The notes: generated from the letters alone by a model not told the origin. 64,000 nucleotides of DNA from Amphiscolops sp. MND2022 (GCA_964187785.1 OZ076414.1:39990001-40054000), one strand, 5' to 3'; shown: positions 49,207 through 61,676, numbered from the stretch's first letter. Program-made: numbers and translations.

Positions 49207-52200
49207 CCCCCTTTTCGGAGCTCGATTACAAGTTATATTCTCCGGAGAGTCTTTTGCTGAACATATAAACCTTAACTTTTGCTAACGGTTGTTAGCATGT
49301 CAACAATCATTTACCTAGTTGGACAAATCTCAACATCCAAGTGTTGCAATTCTGCTTTTTCTTGCAAGAAGTTCAACTTGATTGCAAAATGCTTCACTTA
49401 ATGAGAATTCACTCTATTTTTATTTATGACGATAAAAACCTGATTGTCTTCATGTGTCTTATAGGCTTCTCCATTTCTATTCGGATCTGGTTTACTAGGC
49501 CTCGCAGAAACTCAAGTTCTAGAGAAGCTGCAAATAACGACATTGCTTCTGCCTCAGCTGTTGAGGTTGCTACCGTTGTCTGTAACTTAGAACTCCAACT
49601 AATATCTACTGATTCTGAGTTCAGAACGAAATAAAAACCACTGGTGGACTTTCTTTTTATCATCTAGCTTTCTTGCGCAGTCGTCATCACTGAAACCTCT
49701 GGGCTCGAGTTTTTCGGATTTCCTATATGTCAGTTTCCTCCAATTGGTTGCCTTTCGATACATCAAAAGGAGTTTTTCTCGTAATCAATGTCTTCGGTCT
49801 GAATTTTCAACGTATCGACTTACAGCTCTCACTACGAAAGATGAATCAGGTCTTGTTGTAATCGCTAAGTTATACAAACAACCAATCATCCCACGATTAT
49901 TACATTTTTTCATCTTTTGTTCTTGGCTGCCTTCGTCAGGATAGTCTGATTTACTGTTTGTTGCTTTACAGCATCTTTTTCCTCTGGCATCCTTCGTTTC
50001 AAAATTTTGCTTCTACAAAAATTTCTTCCTCTATATCTGCATTCAAGTAGACGGCTTTATGTCTAACTGTTTCAACTTAAGTTCTTTTTGAACTGCCAAA
50101 CCCAGCAAGACTCGAAGTGTTACCATTTTCACAGTAGGACTATATGCTTAATCGTAGTCAACACCTTGTTTATGTTCGAATCCTCTAGCTACGTATCTTG
50201 CTTTGTGCTTTATAAGTTATCCTCTTTTGTTTCGCTTAAGTCTTAAGTGTCAATTACCTGTTACGAGGTTTTCTCCTTAGGGCAATTCAACAAGTTCCCG
50301 CACTTCATCATTCTGGAACGATTCGTATTCTGCTTCCGTCGCACGATACCACTCTGGAAAGCGCTTCTCTTCAATGCCTTTAGGTAACTCTTGAACAACA
50401 CAATCACAATGGTATGCGAGCGTTTTAATTTCATCGAACTCAGACGAACCTAAATCGTAAGAAAAGTTGTTGCTCTCACCTGGGATGTACCTGTTAGGCG
50501 GCTTCACTTTTTTCCGTATCTAGTCGTAGTATGCACAATCGAACTATGCGGTTGAATTTGTGTTATACTCTTGTCTGACCTTTCGGTAACCAAAGTTTCT
50601 GGATTACTGCCAAAATCACCGTTTCGCAACTTATTCAACTCGCTTATCAAGTTTTGTGTATCAACGACTGATTCCGTGTGTTGAAACACTATCGTACTCG
50701 CCCTTTCGCTGAGTTCGAAGAAACATTCACTGTCACTTTCATTGTTTGCGAAGTGTGTTTTTCCTGGAAAACTAGTCTCGTTGAATTCAACGTTGCGGCT
50801 ATTTTTTGTGATGAGCTCTGCGCAATCAAAAAATCCAATCGAGTATGACTTAGAAATGTTGCTTTAGACGAGTAATAAATCTTCTTGTCGAAAAATTCTT
50901 GGACGATGTTGTGCCATGAGCAGAGTGAAGGTACCGAGTTTTGATTTGAAAAGCTGCTCGGTAAGCAAACGACTATAACGATTCAGGCAAGCCTGCTGTT
51001 ATCAACAGACATCCATCTATCGCGGCCATGCTTCTCCAAACTCGTGCTGTTTTAACGTTTTTGTCTGGAGTGTAGTCACAAGTAATCTCCTGATGAATTC
51101 TTGTCAGTACTCAAATATCCGCAAAACTTCCCGATTTGAACTCTTCAGCGTTATCAGTGACAATCTTTTGAGGTTTTCCAAGCTCAGCTATAAACTTTAA
51201 AAGCTTCTTTCCGAGTTCGGCTCTGATTCCTAGTAGATAAACAGCACCGAGTCTTCTGATGTATATCAACGAATCCTTTACCGTACTTGCATTCATCTAT
51301 GGACGTCTTGGTTACTGGCGAAACGTCTACGTGGACTATGTCTAAAGGTTTATTTTCTCTAGTTGCTACTTGATGGCTAATCAAGAACCGCTTGGCTTTT
51401 TCTCGTGTTGCACACAAGTACCGGCTAGTTTCCTTCGTCGACTAACTTCATAACGACTACATCTTTTTCCAACTTTTCGAACATCAATTTTGTTATTGTG
51501 AGCAAGTCCTTCATGCCTTAGTTGCGGCATTGCTTTGCTCATGCAAACAATCAACTTGTAAACAAAACAAGCACTTTAACATCTATCATCCTGAACTATG
51601 CGAAGGTTCGCATCAATATGAACGCTCGTTTTTTTGTTTTTTTTTGTTTATTGGAGAATGCACAATAATTCAAGTTGCAAGAATTGATCTCAGCCTTGAT
51701 TGTCTTTTGCCAAAAAACTAACGGACCCTCTACCCTCAATACTGGATTCAATTCCGTTCGCCTATTCACCTTTAATCATTTTCGAAACTTCCAAGTCTCT
51801 GAACAAGTCAGCGTCCTTTATAATGTGACTCGTGCGACCACTGTCCAATAAAGGGTCAATGTTCTCACACGTCGAATATAATTGACTAGTATGAAACGAG
51901 AAACGTTGTTTTTCAGCTGTTAGATTACTCTCATTTCGTTTCGCGTAAAAACGTTCATTTTGAGCCGTCTCACGCGCAGCTCCTGCTTTCGACTTATTGT
52001 TTTTTGGGCACTCATTCGCCTTGTGGATCTTTCACCACATTCTTAGCACACTACTGCAGACACTTTCGCTCTGCATTCACTTTTTCGGTGGCCAATTTGA
52101 CCAAACTCGAAGCATTTCACGTCTTTAGTGAAATGAGAACTTGTTCCCCGGTCTGTTTGACCTCGGCAACTATCAGTATCGAAGTTCAGAAGATCTTGTT

Positions 52201-52236
52201 TTAAATCTGCAAATGTTCCTCTACTATGCAAAGGTC
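49207..52236 (-). mobile_element. Ty1/Copia relic (gag knuckle, integrase, RT with central deletion, RNase H)
   Basis: CFEFGQIGHRKSEC, LDIVHVDV, IVTDNAEEF, KARYVARGF, TTRPD, SWSSKLQTTVATSTAEAE. IN lies before RT. PPT AAAAGGGGGA ~49206-49215. Confidence 0.9.
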
Positions 52237-54960
52237 TTCTACTGCTATGTTCCTGTTCATTTGCAGACATTGGCATACTAAAAAATCTTTTGTTTAATAC
52301 TTTTCATCAGTCGTCACTGTGTGTTTACTGGCCGGTATTGCTATTTGTAATTTATCAGATTATGCATTTTTGAATTCCTTTTTGATTTTTTCCAAGAAAA
52401 ATGAATAGGAAGTGAAGCTACGAACGCCTTTGGTTCCTTACGTCCTTTCTCCGCCAGCTCCGTTTGAAGAATATGCCTGTACTGTAAATGGGACGAAATA
52501 CCACCTTGTTAGATTTTCATAGGTCTCTAGTTTTAAAAAGGTACAAATCTCTGTCTTGGGTTTTCGACCATAATGTAGTTCAAAGGTGGATTTTCAAAGT
52601 CTAATGTGGAGATTTTCTCTTTAACTCTTTCCAGAACTTTGCTGAAGTTTCCTCACGCCTTTGTTTGTTGGCAATTTTTCACTCAGGGTTCTAACTCTAA
52701 TATAACAGTGTACCGTATTTTAGTTTTATGTAGTGATTCTTGCAAAATTCCCTAAAGATGCGTACTGTTTGTTTCTGACTGCATGGTGTAGTAACATTGC
52801 ATCGTTCACTGGAAGAAGGATTGCTTCTATCTGCTGTGACTTCTCATCGAAAGTTGAGAGCAACCTTAGTTTCAGATGATTGGTTAAGGCCGCATAACCT
52901 CTTTGGAATTTGAGGCTGAGTGAGACGAAGAGTTTCCAGTTCAAATTCAACTGTATTCACCACAGAAGTTAACAGAAAATAATTTACAAAATAAACATCA
53001 GAAGCTAATGATTATCTCCAGCTAAAATACAAAAAAGCGTGACTTGTGCTAACGAGAAGTTGTTCAAACATATAATGAAACTTGTTTCTAGCTTCGAAAC
53101 ATGCAATGACTTCTCTATATTTTGAAATTTACTCAATTAACGCTTTTGCTGAAACGAGCGTTTTCATTTGAGAGCCATTTTTACCACAACTGAATCTGTA
53201 GTGTTGAAAGCAGTTACAACCTTAACAGCTACTACAGACCTTTTGTATAGGTAAGAAACGTAAGTAATTAAAAAGCACAATTGAGAACAAAAATATAGTT
53301 CATTCCCTAAGTCCACTTCATTCCCCCTCTTTGATTGATTGACAGCTGACCAATTGGGAGCCCTCATTTTCTTTATGGCGGTCTGAAGTCCCTTGCTGTA
53401 TGTGTTATTGGTCATTGGTGTTCCGTGGTAGATCGATTTTGGTTTCCCGAATGCCGATCTATTATCTGTTGTTGGATTGATTTGGATAGAAGCTGGGGTT
53501 CTCGTCCCTTTCCAAATTCGTGTCTGGTGTGTTCTTGTTCTTTGCTTCCATTGCATTCAGCCTTCTGACGGTATTACCGGTGATCAGATGGTGCAGGATT
53601 ATTTTTAATTATGCAATTAGTTTTGGTCAGGCGTTTCGATCTACGCAGGTTGATTTCTTTACTCTCATTTTCAACGTCTGTGCTTGAAATCAAGTTGCTA
53701 AATAGTTCCAGATCAAATGCTTCCGGATTGCCTTCTCCCGCTGGGATTTGAGACGGAACTTTTTAATACTTACTGTTCTTGTCTCTTAGTTGAAGTTTTT
53801 ATTAGCACTTCTAGCGTCTTCAATGACGCGGTCTATTTCCGCGTCTGTCACGTTTCATATCACCACGGTGTGTTGCTTTTTGAATGGTCCATTTGTTCTG
53901 GTGAGCCTGTTGGTGATACGGAGCTTTGACAGTTTTCTATCACTTCCGAAGGAGCCGACTCTCTTTGCACACGTAATTGCTCTGGTGGGGTGAACGTTAG
54001 CACTTTGTCTTGGGTGGTTGTCGGTATGGCTGTCCCACAAGCGCTCTCTTGATTCTGGACCTGTTCGTTGGTCTTTGGTCCCATTTGTGACTTGATAGAT
54101 CTGCCGTCCGGTACGCGCAGGCCAGCTCTCCTACTGTTATGTTCCTGTTCATTTACAGAAATTGGCATACTACAAAATCTTCCCTTTAATACTTTTCATC
54201 AGTCGTCACTGTGTGTTTACTGTCCGGTGTTGCTATTTGTGGTTTATCTTATTTGTGCATTTTCGAATTCCGTTTTGATTCTTTCCAAGAAAAATGAATA
54301 GGAAGTGAAGCTGCGAACTCCTTCGGTTCCTGACGTCCTTTCTCTGCCAGCTGTTTGAAGAATATGCCTGTACGGTATCTTGGACGAAATACCACCTTGT
54401 TAAATTTTCTTAGGTCTCTAGTTTTAAAAAGGTACAAATCTCTGTCCTGGGTTTTCGACCATAATGTAGTTCAAAGGTGGATTTTCAAAGTCTGATGTGG
54501 AGTTCTTCTCATTTAATCTTTCCAGAACTTTGCTGAAGTTTCCTCACGCCTTTGTTGGCAATTTTTCATTCAAGTTTCTAACTCTAATATACAGTGTACC
54601 GTATTTTGGTTTTATGTAGTGATTCTTGCAAAATTCCCTTAAGGTGCGTACTGTAAATGCGTTCGCTTCGTCCGTTGTGATGATTTCCGGAAAGCCGTTC
54701 GTTGGATGTACTGTTCGAGAAATCTTACCACCGTTTGACCGTTTGTTTTGCACAGCAAAATACAGAATCTTTGGTTTTTTGGGTGATTAGTTCGATGTTC
54801 CTATGTGATTGTTTAATTTGGTCCGTTCAGAAAAAGCCACTCATTTTTTTCCTTCCTAGGTGAGTTGGTTGACTAGTCCTACCGGAAATTTGCAGGGGAT
54901 ACAAATGTCGCATTTCGTTTCGATGATAAATTCTTGGTTTTATAAACAACGGAAGGTATG
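52237..54960 (-). mobile_element. Fragments of a second Gypsy family (integrase C-terminus twice, PPT and probable 3' LTR at ~52766-53320)
   Basis: 52237-52765 aligns with ~54130-54655. GFPEIITTDEANAFT integrase core. AAAGAGGGGGAA|TG at ~53320. Confidence 0.7.
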
Positions 54961-55083
54961 CGTTCCTTTCTGCTCGAATACATCTCTGCGCTCACTGTTT
55001 TTTGTTTCTGCCTAAAGAGTCCATGTTTCACAGGCATATAACAGGTCGCTATTTCCGTACAAATAAAATCAACAGCGGATGTC

Positions 55084-57284
55084 TTCTAACGGGATTCTCT
55101 CTGCGTTCGAGCTTCATTAAGTTGAAATTTTCTAAAAACGTCTGCCAATTTTGTTTCGAGGCCTTTGCGGTAATATAAATCTATGGACATTGGCCGCTGT
55201 ATTTATCTGCGAAGTAAAAGTAAGTTTTCATTTCAAATAACAATAGGATTGTTCCGAAAAGACAGTCTTCGTAAAGAAGAAATCTTCGTAGTTTCCAATT
55301 GTGTGGAAAACGTGAAACGATATTTTTTGCTGAGAAATATTCCAAAATAAGTGAAAACCCAGACTCCAATAAATGTGATGCTGTGAAAATTTTTCAAAAT
55401 TGTTCGATTTTGATTTTACGTATCAATCTGCAGTTTTTGGAAACATTCATCTATTCCATTTAAGACGTTCTATCCTTTTTCCACGGGGCAGCTCATGGTG
55501 ATTAGTAGCATATTGATCGACATGATTCACCGTCCGGCCCAAAAATAGCAAAGTCTCTTTAATTCGCACAGGTGTGCCAAAAATTCGCACATAGGCCCTT
55601 AGGTCTCAATTTAGTTGATTGAAATTTTAAAAATAGGCCCCTCCGGGGCTCAGTACTATTTCTGCTTTAATCTTTAATTTTTTTTGAAACAAAAAAATCA
55701 TTAATAAAAGAATCATATCTGGAATACCAATAAACTCCTGTTTAATCATTACTTAGAGCACAATTAATCACTGTACAAGTTTACACCGCCTTTAATTCTT
55801 CTCGGACTAAAGAAAATATAACTACTAAGCGTAGGCGAAGTTTCGCATTCGCATTTGAATGCAGGCGAAGCTCTCAACGAACGAATAATTAACACTCATT
55901 CGCTTCATCTCAATAACTCGGGGCAACGAAAGCACAATTACGAACATTCGCTCGCTTCATCTCAATGACGTCAGCATACGAATGGATAATTACCACTCGC
56001 TCGTTCCATCGCACTAGAATTGAATTGTCTTCGGCAGCTCTCTCGCTTACACTCACTGCTGAACCAGCTGGACCCACCACAGAAATGAAACAATGATGAT
56101 TTGTACTGATTCTCTTGTTCATGATGTTTGACCAGATAAAATATGACCTATGCAAGCTGATAGAATCGCTAGAATCCCGGAGGTGTGTTCTAACGGGATT
56201 CTCTCTGCGTTCGAGCTTCATTAAGTTGAAATTTTCTAAAAACGTCTGCCAATTTTGTTTCGAGGCCTTTGCGGTAATATAAATCTATGGACATTGGCCG
56301 CTGTATTTATCTGCGAAGTAAAAGTAAGTTTTCATTTCAAATAACAATAGGATTGTTCCGAAAAGACAGTCTTCGTAAAGAAGAAATCTTCGTAGTTTCC
56401 AATTGTGTGGAAAACGTGAAACGATATTTTTTGCTGAGAAATATTCCAAAATAAGTGAAAACCCAGACTCCAATAAATGTGATGCTGTGAAAATTTTTCA
56501 AAATTGTTCGATTTTGATTTTACGTATCAATCTGCAGTTTTTGGAAACATTCATCTATTCCATTTAAGACGTTCTATCCTTTTTCCACGGGGCAGCTCAT
56601 GGTGATTAGTAGCATATTGATCGACATGATTCACCGTCCGGCCCAAAAATAGCAAAGTCTCTTTAATTCGCACAGGTGTGCCAAAAATTCGCACATAGGC
56701 CCTTAGGTCTCAATTTAGTTGATTGAAATTTTAAAAATAGGCCCCTCCGGGGCTCAGTACTATTTCTGCTTTAATCTTTAATTTTTTTTGAAACAAAAAA
56801 ATCATTAATAAAAGAATCATATCTGGAATACCAATAAACTGTTTAATCATTACTTAGAGCACAATTAATCACTGTACAAGTTTACACCGCCTTTAATTCT
56901 TCTCGGACTAAAGAAAATATAACTACTGAGCGTAGGCGAAGTTTCGCATTCGCATTTGAATGCAGGCGAAGCTCTCAACGAACGAATAATTAACACTCAT
57001 TCGCTTCATCTCAATAACTCGGGGCAACGAAAGCACAATTACGAACATTCGCTCGCTTCATCTCAATGACGTCAGCATACGAATGGATAATTACCACTCG
57101 CTCGTTCCATCGCACTAGAATTGAATTGTCTTCGGCAGCTCTCTCGCTTACACTCACTGCCGAACCAGCTGGACCCACCACAGAAATGAAACAATGATGA
57201 TTTGTACTGATTCTCTTAGTCATGATGTTGGACCAGATAAAATATGACCTATGCAAGCTGATAGAATCGCTAGAATCCCGGAGG
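55084..57284. repeat. Near-identical 1.1-kb tandem duplication (55084-56183, 56188-57284)
   Basis: Identical ORFs at 55181 and 56285 (offset 1104). Confidence 0.95.
57161..57223 (-). pseudogene. N-terminal stub of a Polinton-type packaging ATPase, truncated inside Walker A (second copy 56060-56122)
   Basis: MTKRISTNHHCFISVVGPAGS, then unrelated sequence where GKT/S is expected. Follows the PLA2-like and membrane ORFs. Confidence 0.55.
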
Positions 57285-57573
57285 AAACTTTGTTGTCGTT
57301 TTCACAAAGAGTTAGGAAAAGAATACAGAACGTAAAAACTGCAATAAGTATGAAATAATGTAAAAAGACCAACACCAGCGACCTTTCGACTCGGGAATTA
57401 CAACAACAAAAAGTGTAGGGTGGTCTTTCGTTGTCTGTTTGGTCGAATATGATTCTTTCAAGGTTCGGAACCGATAAATTTCCGTGATCGATTTGATCCT
57501 CTTGATCGCTTCGGTTGTTCAACGACCAGTTACTGTAGTAGCCACTAGTATGGCTCAAATCAGGGCCGCTCAT
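57220..57573 (-). CDS. Small membrane protein with two C-terminal hydrophobic segments (Polinton/adintovirus-like)
   Basis: FCCCNSRVERSLVLVFLHYFILIAVFTFCILFL..SGILAILSACIGHIL. ATG start. The stop overlaps the next ATG (ATGA). Confidence 0.6.
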   Translation of the reverse strand: MSGPDLSHTSGYYSNWSLNNRSDQEDQIDHGNLSVPNLERIIFDQTDNERPPYTFCCCNSRVERSLVLVFLHYFILIAVFTFCILFLTLCENDNKVSSGILAILSACIGHILSGPTS

Positions 57574-57658
57574 AACCTAGCGTAGTTTTGAATCAAATTG
57601 ATATATCTCCACTTCAGGATGCAACTGAACGGAATAATATTCAAAGTACAAATGATTG

Positions 57659-58033
57659 TTAAAATGGAAAAGCATCGAAATGCTCTCGATGGAACAATTT
57701 GACGAATAACCAATATGATATTCCTGAGAAATGTCCTAGAAGCATATTGTTGTGGAAAGACTGAGACTTTGTGAGAGTGTAGACGTAACCTGGGCCAATT
57801 TCCTCGAAGCTGCGCATGTACTCATAAGCATCATGGAAAATTGCATGCATCCTAAAAATTTTTGAAAACTTTAGATAATTATCCAACTTACTATTGCCTG
57901 GCCCTATCTTGCCTCCGAATGGTGCTTTAAGGTTAACTTCCCTCAAATCAACATTCTCGTCTATATAACGACAAACTGCTAAGAAAGCGTTTTTGGTGGT
58001 GCTGTTTTTAGGAAAGCAGTAGTTAACTGCCAC
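57659..58033 (-). CDS. Viral-type phospholipase A2-like protein (start codon unclear)
   Basis: KIGPGN Ca-loop-like motif and HAIFHDAY catalytic HDxY-like motif. Confidence 0.7.
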   Translation of the reverse strand: MAVNYCFPKNSTTKNAFLAVCRYIDENVDLREVNLKAPFGGKIGPGNSKLDNYLKFSKIFRMHAIFHDAYEYMRSFEEIGPGYVYTLTKSQSFHNNMLLGHFSGISYWLFVKLFHREHFDAFPF

Positions 58034-58150
58034 AAAATTGTCTCGCAGAAAACGTTACAGTTTCTCTGAAAGTTTGAATTGTAAAACAAGCCAACTGTTT
58101 TCAAATTGAAATTAATTATAAAAGAAGCCAACTGTTTCCAAATTGAAATT

Positions 58151-59083
58151 TTACAGAAATGAAATATCGATTATGGTGTCTTCATTATAAGGGGAAAACA
58201 GTTGAGAGCTTGATGGTGTGTTGTCGATAGCTTCGTCGAGTTGCAAAGGTTGGTTCAGACATTCAAAGCACATGCATTGAGCATTTGAGACTCCCAGATC
58301 AATATCCAATATTCTACTGTGCTCTGATAGAAAAAGTCGTCCGATACCTCGTTGTAAAAGTTCAATATAAGATATCACAGTATCCTTGAAAGGCGCATCA
58401 CTTTTTTCAAGTTCCACGAGCTTTTGGAAAATGTATAAAGCCTTTTCATTATCGGGACAGTCACCCAAGGAATTGTGTCTGTTAAGTTCCCAAACGCAGT
58501 TGAAACTACAACCCAAACTTTCAGTTGTTTTCCGAGTCATTAGACTCTTCATTCTCTCCCCTTCTACAATGAGAGATCTATGACAAAAAGTTGACGTCTC
58601 TGTTTTCAGAAAGTTTTCTGGATACGAAACTGTGAGAAGTCGTACCATTGCCCATTGTTCATTGGACAAAACTTGTGAAATGGTTTGTTTCAACATTGTT
58701 TCTGCGTTAGTTGATTGTGGGAGGTACAAGAGAACATGATGATGATTTGTAGGCATGGCTTCACAAAACTCGTCCAGCGATCCATTAGTAGAGTCCTCTT
58801 TAGTATGAACTCTTCCAATGAATTGGCATTTGTGAGAATTGGAGAGTATTTCCAGCAATTTGGAAAGACTTGTTGGTGATTTTGAGTTGCTGTCCTTCTC
58901 GTAGACATCACTGTAGATTTGGGATTCTTCCGTTGAAAACAAGAGCAGCCAATAATTACTCGGTATTTCGCGAAACACTGAAGTCATTTCGCGCCTAGTG
59001 GTAAGGCTTGTTAACTGTTCCGGAGACGATTTCAAGTTATAATGACGATTTTTCTTATCACACGTATCATCAACGGTAAACAT
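58151..59083 (-). CDS. 310-aa intact ORF with HUH-like motif (NHHHVLLYL) and CxCxxC
   Basis: ATG start, no interruptions, first gene inside the AGTAGT terminus. HUH assignment is by motif only. Confidence 0.55.
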   Translation of the reverse strand: MFTVDDTCDKKNRHYNLKSSPEQLTSLTTRREMTSVFREIPSNYWLLLFSTEESQIYSDVYEKDSNSKSPTSLSKLLEILSNSHKCQFIGRVHTKEDSTNGSLDEFCEAMPTNHHHVLLYLPQSTNAETMLKQTISQVLSNEQWAMVRLLTVSYPENFLKTETSTFCHRSLIVEGERMKSLMTRKTTESLGCSFNCVWELNRHNSLGDCPDNEKALYIFQKLVELEKSDAPFKDTVISYIELLQRGIGRLFLSEHSRILDIDLGVSNAQCMCFECLNQPLQLDEAIDNTPSSSQLFSPYNEDTIIDISFL

Positions 59084-59464
59084 GAAAAATTCCTTTGGAA
59101 GATGCCAATGGAAAGTTCCATGTAGAAAGCACAGTTTCTAGGTTTGTGATATTTAGATACTGCCGGCCCTGTTTTTTTTCAGTTTCGGGAATCAGAATTA
59201 TCTTCTAAATATATCAATGTGTCATTTTCGGAAATTTATTTATATTCCCATTGCTGCTGCTGTCAGAGGACGAAAGGTTAGAATTTTATAGTGAATTTCT
59301 TTGCACTGCAATAATGCATGAATAAGAAGCTATTTCTTTCAATTCAAGTTTCAAATACTTAAAAGTCGGTCTGCTCGATAGTTTAATATCATTAGTTTGC
59401 ATTAGTAAACATTCATGACAATTGGCATACATTCCGCTCGGTATGGTTAAAATGAACTTTAACC

Positions 59465-59581
59465 TTTCTGACTTAGAATAATTTCGGTTGGGAGCCCTAA
59501 AAGTGAGATAGGTTTCTGACTTAGAATAATTTCGGTTGGGAGCCCAAAACATCATTAAACCCCCCCCCTGCTATTACTACT
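59465..59581 (-). mobile_element. Probable Polinton/Maverick terminus with 48-bp-period direct repeats
   Basis: Minus strand starts AGTAGTAATAGCAGGGGGGGG at 59581. A 33-bp repeat lies at 59465-59497 and 59513-59545. The flank GACATCGATTATTTT is the middle of a repeat seen intact at ~63886. Confidence 0.55.
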
Positions 59582-59820
59582 GACATCGATTATTTTAATA
59601 TGCGTATATATTATTTTAATCGCATGCGTATATTTTCAACAGTTCAACTTTGTTCAATAACGTCCCTATGGCACAGTGGTCAACACTTATGCCGTGCAAT
59701 CGGGAGGCTGCAGGTTCGAATCTCTCTGGGGTTTTAGCTTTTATCTAAAAGGCGCTCATTATGAAGTTGACTATAGTGGAAAAAAAACTTACTTAGCTGG
59801 ACTTCGTCATGTGCAATAAA
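59582..59820 (+). repeat. tRNA-derived interspersed repeat, 5'-truncated copy (tRNA-like core 59662-59731)
   Basis: A-box TGGCACAGTGG, B-box GGTTCGAATC. Poor cloverleaf pairing. Three copies in the window. Confidence 0.75.
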
Positions 59821-61084
59821 TCCGACAAAAATTGGCTTGATTAGCAGGCTAAGGGTAGTTGCAACTGTTTTCCTTGGGAGCACCGGTAATTATTTCAGTA
59901 ACAGAGACTAGGTTTCTGGAGGAAAATGCACGATGCAAGTTTAGCGCGAATTTAGCTTTAAATTTTTATGCAAAATTATCAAGTAGCTTAGAATTCACTA
60001 TAGCAACTTCACAATGATTACTGTCGAAAGTTGTCCGAAAGCTTCACCAAAAAAGATAACCTAAGTATCAGTGTCAAGAAAAAATGAAACCTTGGTAAAA
60101 GATTGACAGAGTCGGGAAACAAAACAGCCTCTGACAACGGCGTTGAAAGTCAAAATTTTGAAACCCCGGGGACTTCCGAGCACCTCAAAGATGTTTCTGA
60201 TTGACTCCTGTCACACTTTTGAAGCATTTTGAGAATTAGTTCAATTATTAGAGTTTTATTCGGGATCTAATAGTTTTCGGACGGGAGCTTTGTTTCCACA
60301 ATTCACTATGCTACGATCGAGGTATATGGCAACTTGAAATGGAAACAGTCCCTGCGTACTGAGTCGGTAGTTCTGCAACTGCGTAAAAGTTGCAATTGAA
60401 AATAAGTAGGTATATCATTTCTACAAAAAATTCCCAAATCTTGTTCAAATAACTGTCATCTATAAAAAAAATAAATCCAGTTCGGCTGTTTATGGCCTCG
60501 CCATTCGTTTGTAGATCCCTTTCACTTGTTTTCAACCAGCAGCTGAACCTCCCTGGCACTCTAACCATGACGTCATGGGTAGAAACAGAAAATAATTTGG
60601 GTTCGTTTTTCACGAATCAGCAGTTTCCTCGATGCGCACTACTTGATGTTTTTATGGTCTTCGTCAGACGTTAAACAGAACAACTCCACAGATGATTAAA
60701 CTGATTCCTACACACCACTGCACCCCAATCGTTTCTCCGAATACCAAGGCACTCAACAGTCCCTGAAATATCTCATATTATACAGCACGGCTGGCATGAC
60801 AAACAAAATCAACCCCTATAAAATTTCAAAACATGCGATAATTTTTTATATTTGAAGAACCGCCGAGAAATATTAAGTCATTGCATCAAAAAGACTGAGC
60901 TCTGCCATTTGTACTCTTTGACACGATTCTTGCATTTTAAGGATTATCAATGATTTACATGCGTATTTGAAGTTTTTGAAATGAAATTTCCGTGTTAACT
61001 ATACAATATGCATGTTTCTAACCATTCATCATTAGGCATAATTGAAGTCAGAGTACCGTTCAAGCCACATAGCGCAAAATGAAT

Positions 61085-61580
61085 TGGACCATGTGATCTA
61101 TTCCCCCCCCCCCAGGTACACCTTGTTAGGAATCCCCCCCCCAAAAAAAATGAAAACGGCTTTTTCACAAGTATATTAATTATTGAATGAATAAAACAAG
61201 TTGATATGCTTACAAATATTAACAAACGCGTGAATTTAAACTTCGTGGCAAAAGACCCAATTTTTTTAAATGCTGAATGCAAAGTTCGTAGTTTTGTAAA
61301 TATGGAAGTATGTCCGTTTGGAAGCACATTTCAAAGAATAATGATTGATTTTAACTGTCAATCAATGTAAAAGATATGATTATGTCGACATCAATTATTT
61401 TATTGGACTAAAATTTCAACGCAATGATGTCGACATAATGGTATTTGACTATTTAAAATGTTATGTCGACATAATTGATTCGTTTAAAACTAGTTTTTGA
61501 ACCTACTGTATTAAAATTCCCCCAAACCCCCCCCCCCCCCCCCCGCCGCAGTTTGGGGGGGAAATAGATCACATGGTCCA
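61085..61580. mobile_element. MITE-like element with TG..CA TIRs and 6-bp TSD
   Basis: TIR TGGACCATGTGATCTATT(C/T)CCCCC at both ends. TSD ATGAAT at 61079-61084 and 61581-61586. Confidence 0.88.
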
Positions 61581-61676
61581 ATGAATTTAATGATAAATAT
61601 AGTATCGAAAACTATACATGGAGAACTATCCAGACTTACATGGCTTTTATTTCATCGCAAAATGTCGAAACATTAA

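Noticed and set aside
59465-59545. 33-bp direct repeat with short spacer as a CRISPR array
   Set aside because: Only two units, eukaryotic context, no cas genes. Better explained as a sub-terminal repeat of a Polinton-like end.
60311-60674. Possible host gene fragment
   Set aside because: Short overlapping ORFs with no motif and no consistent splice model.
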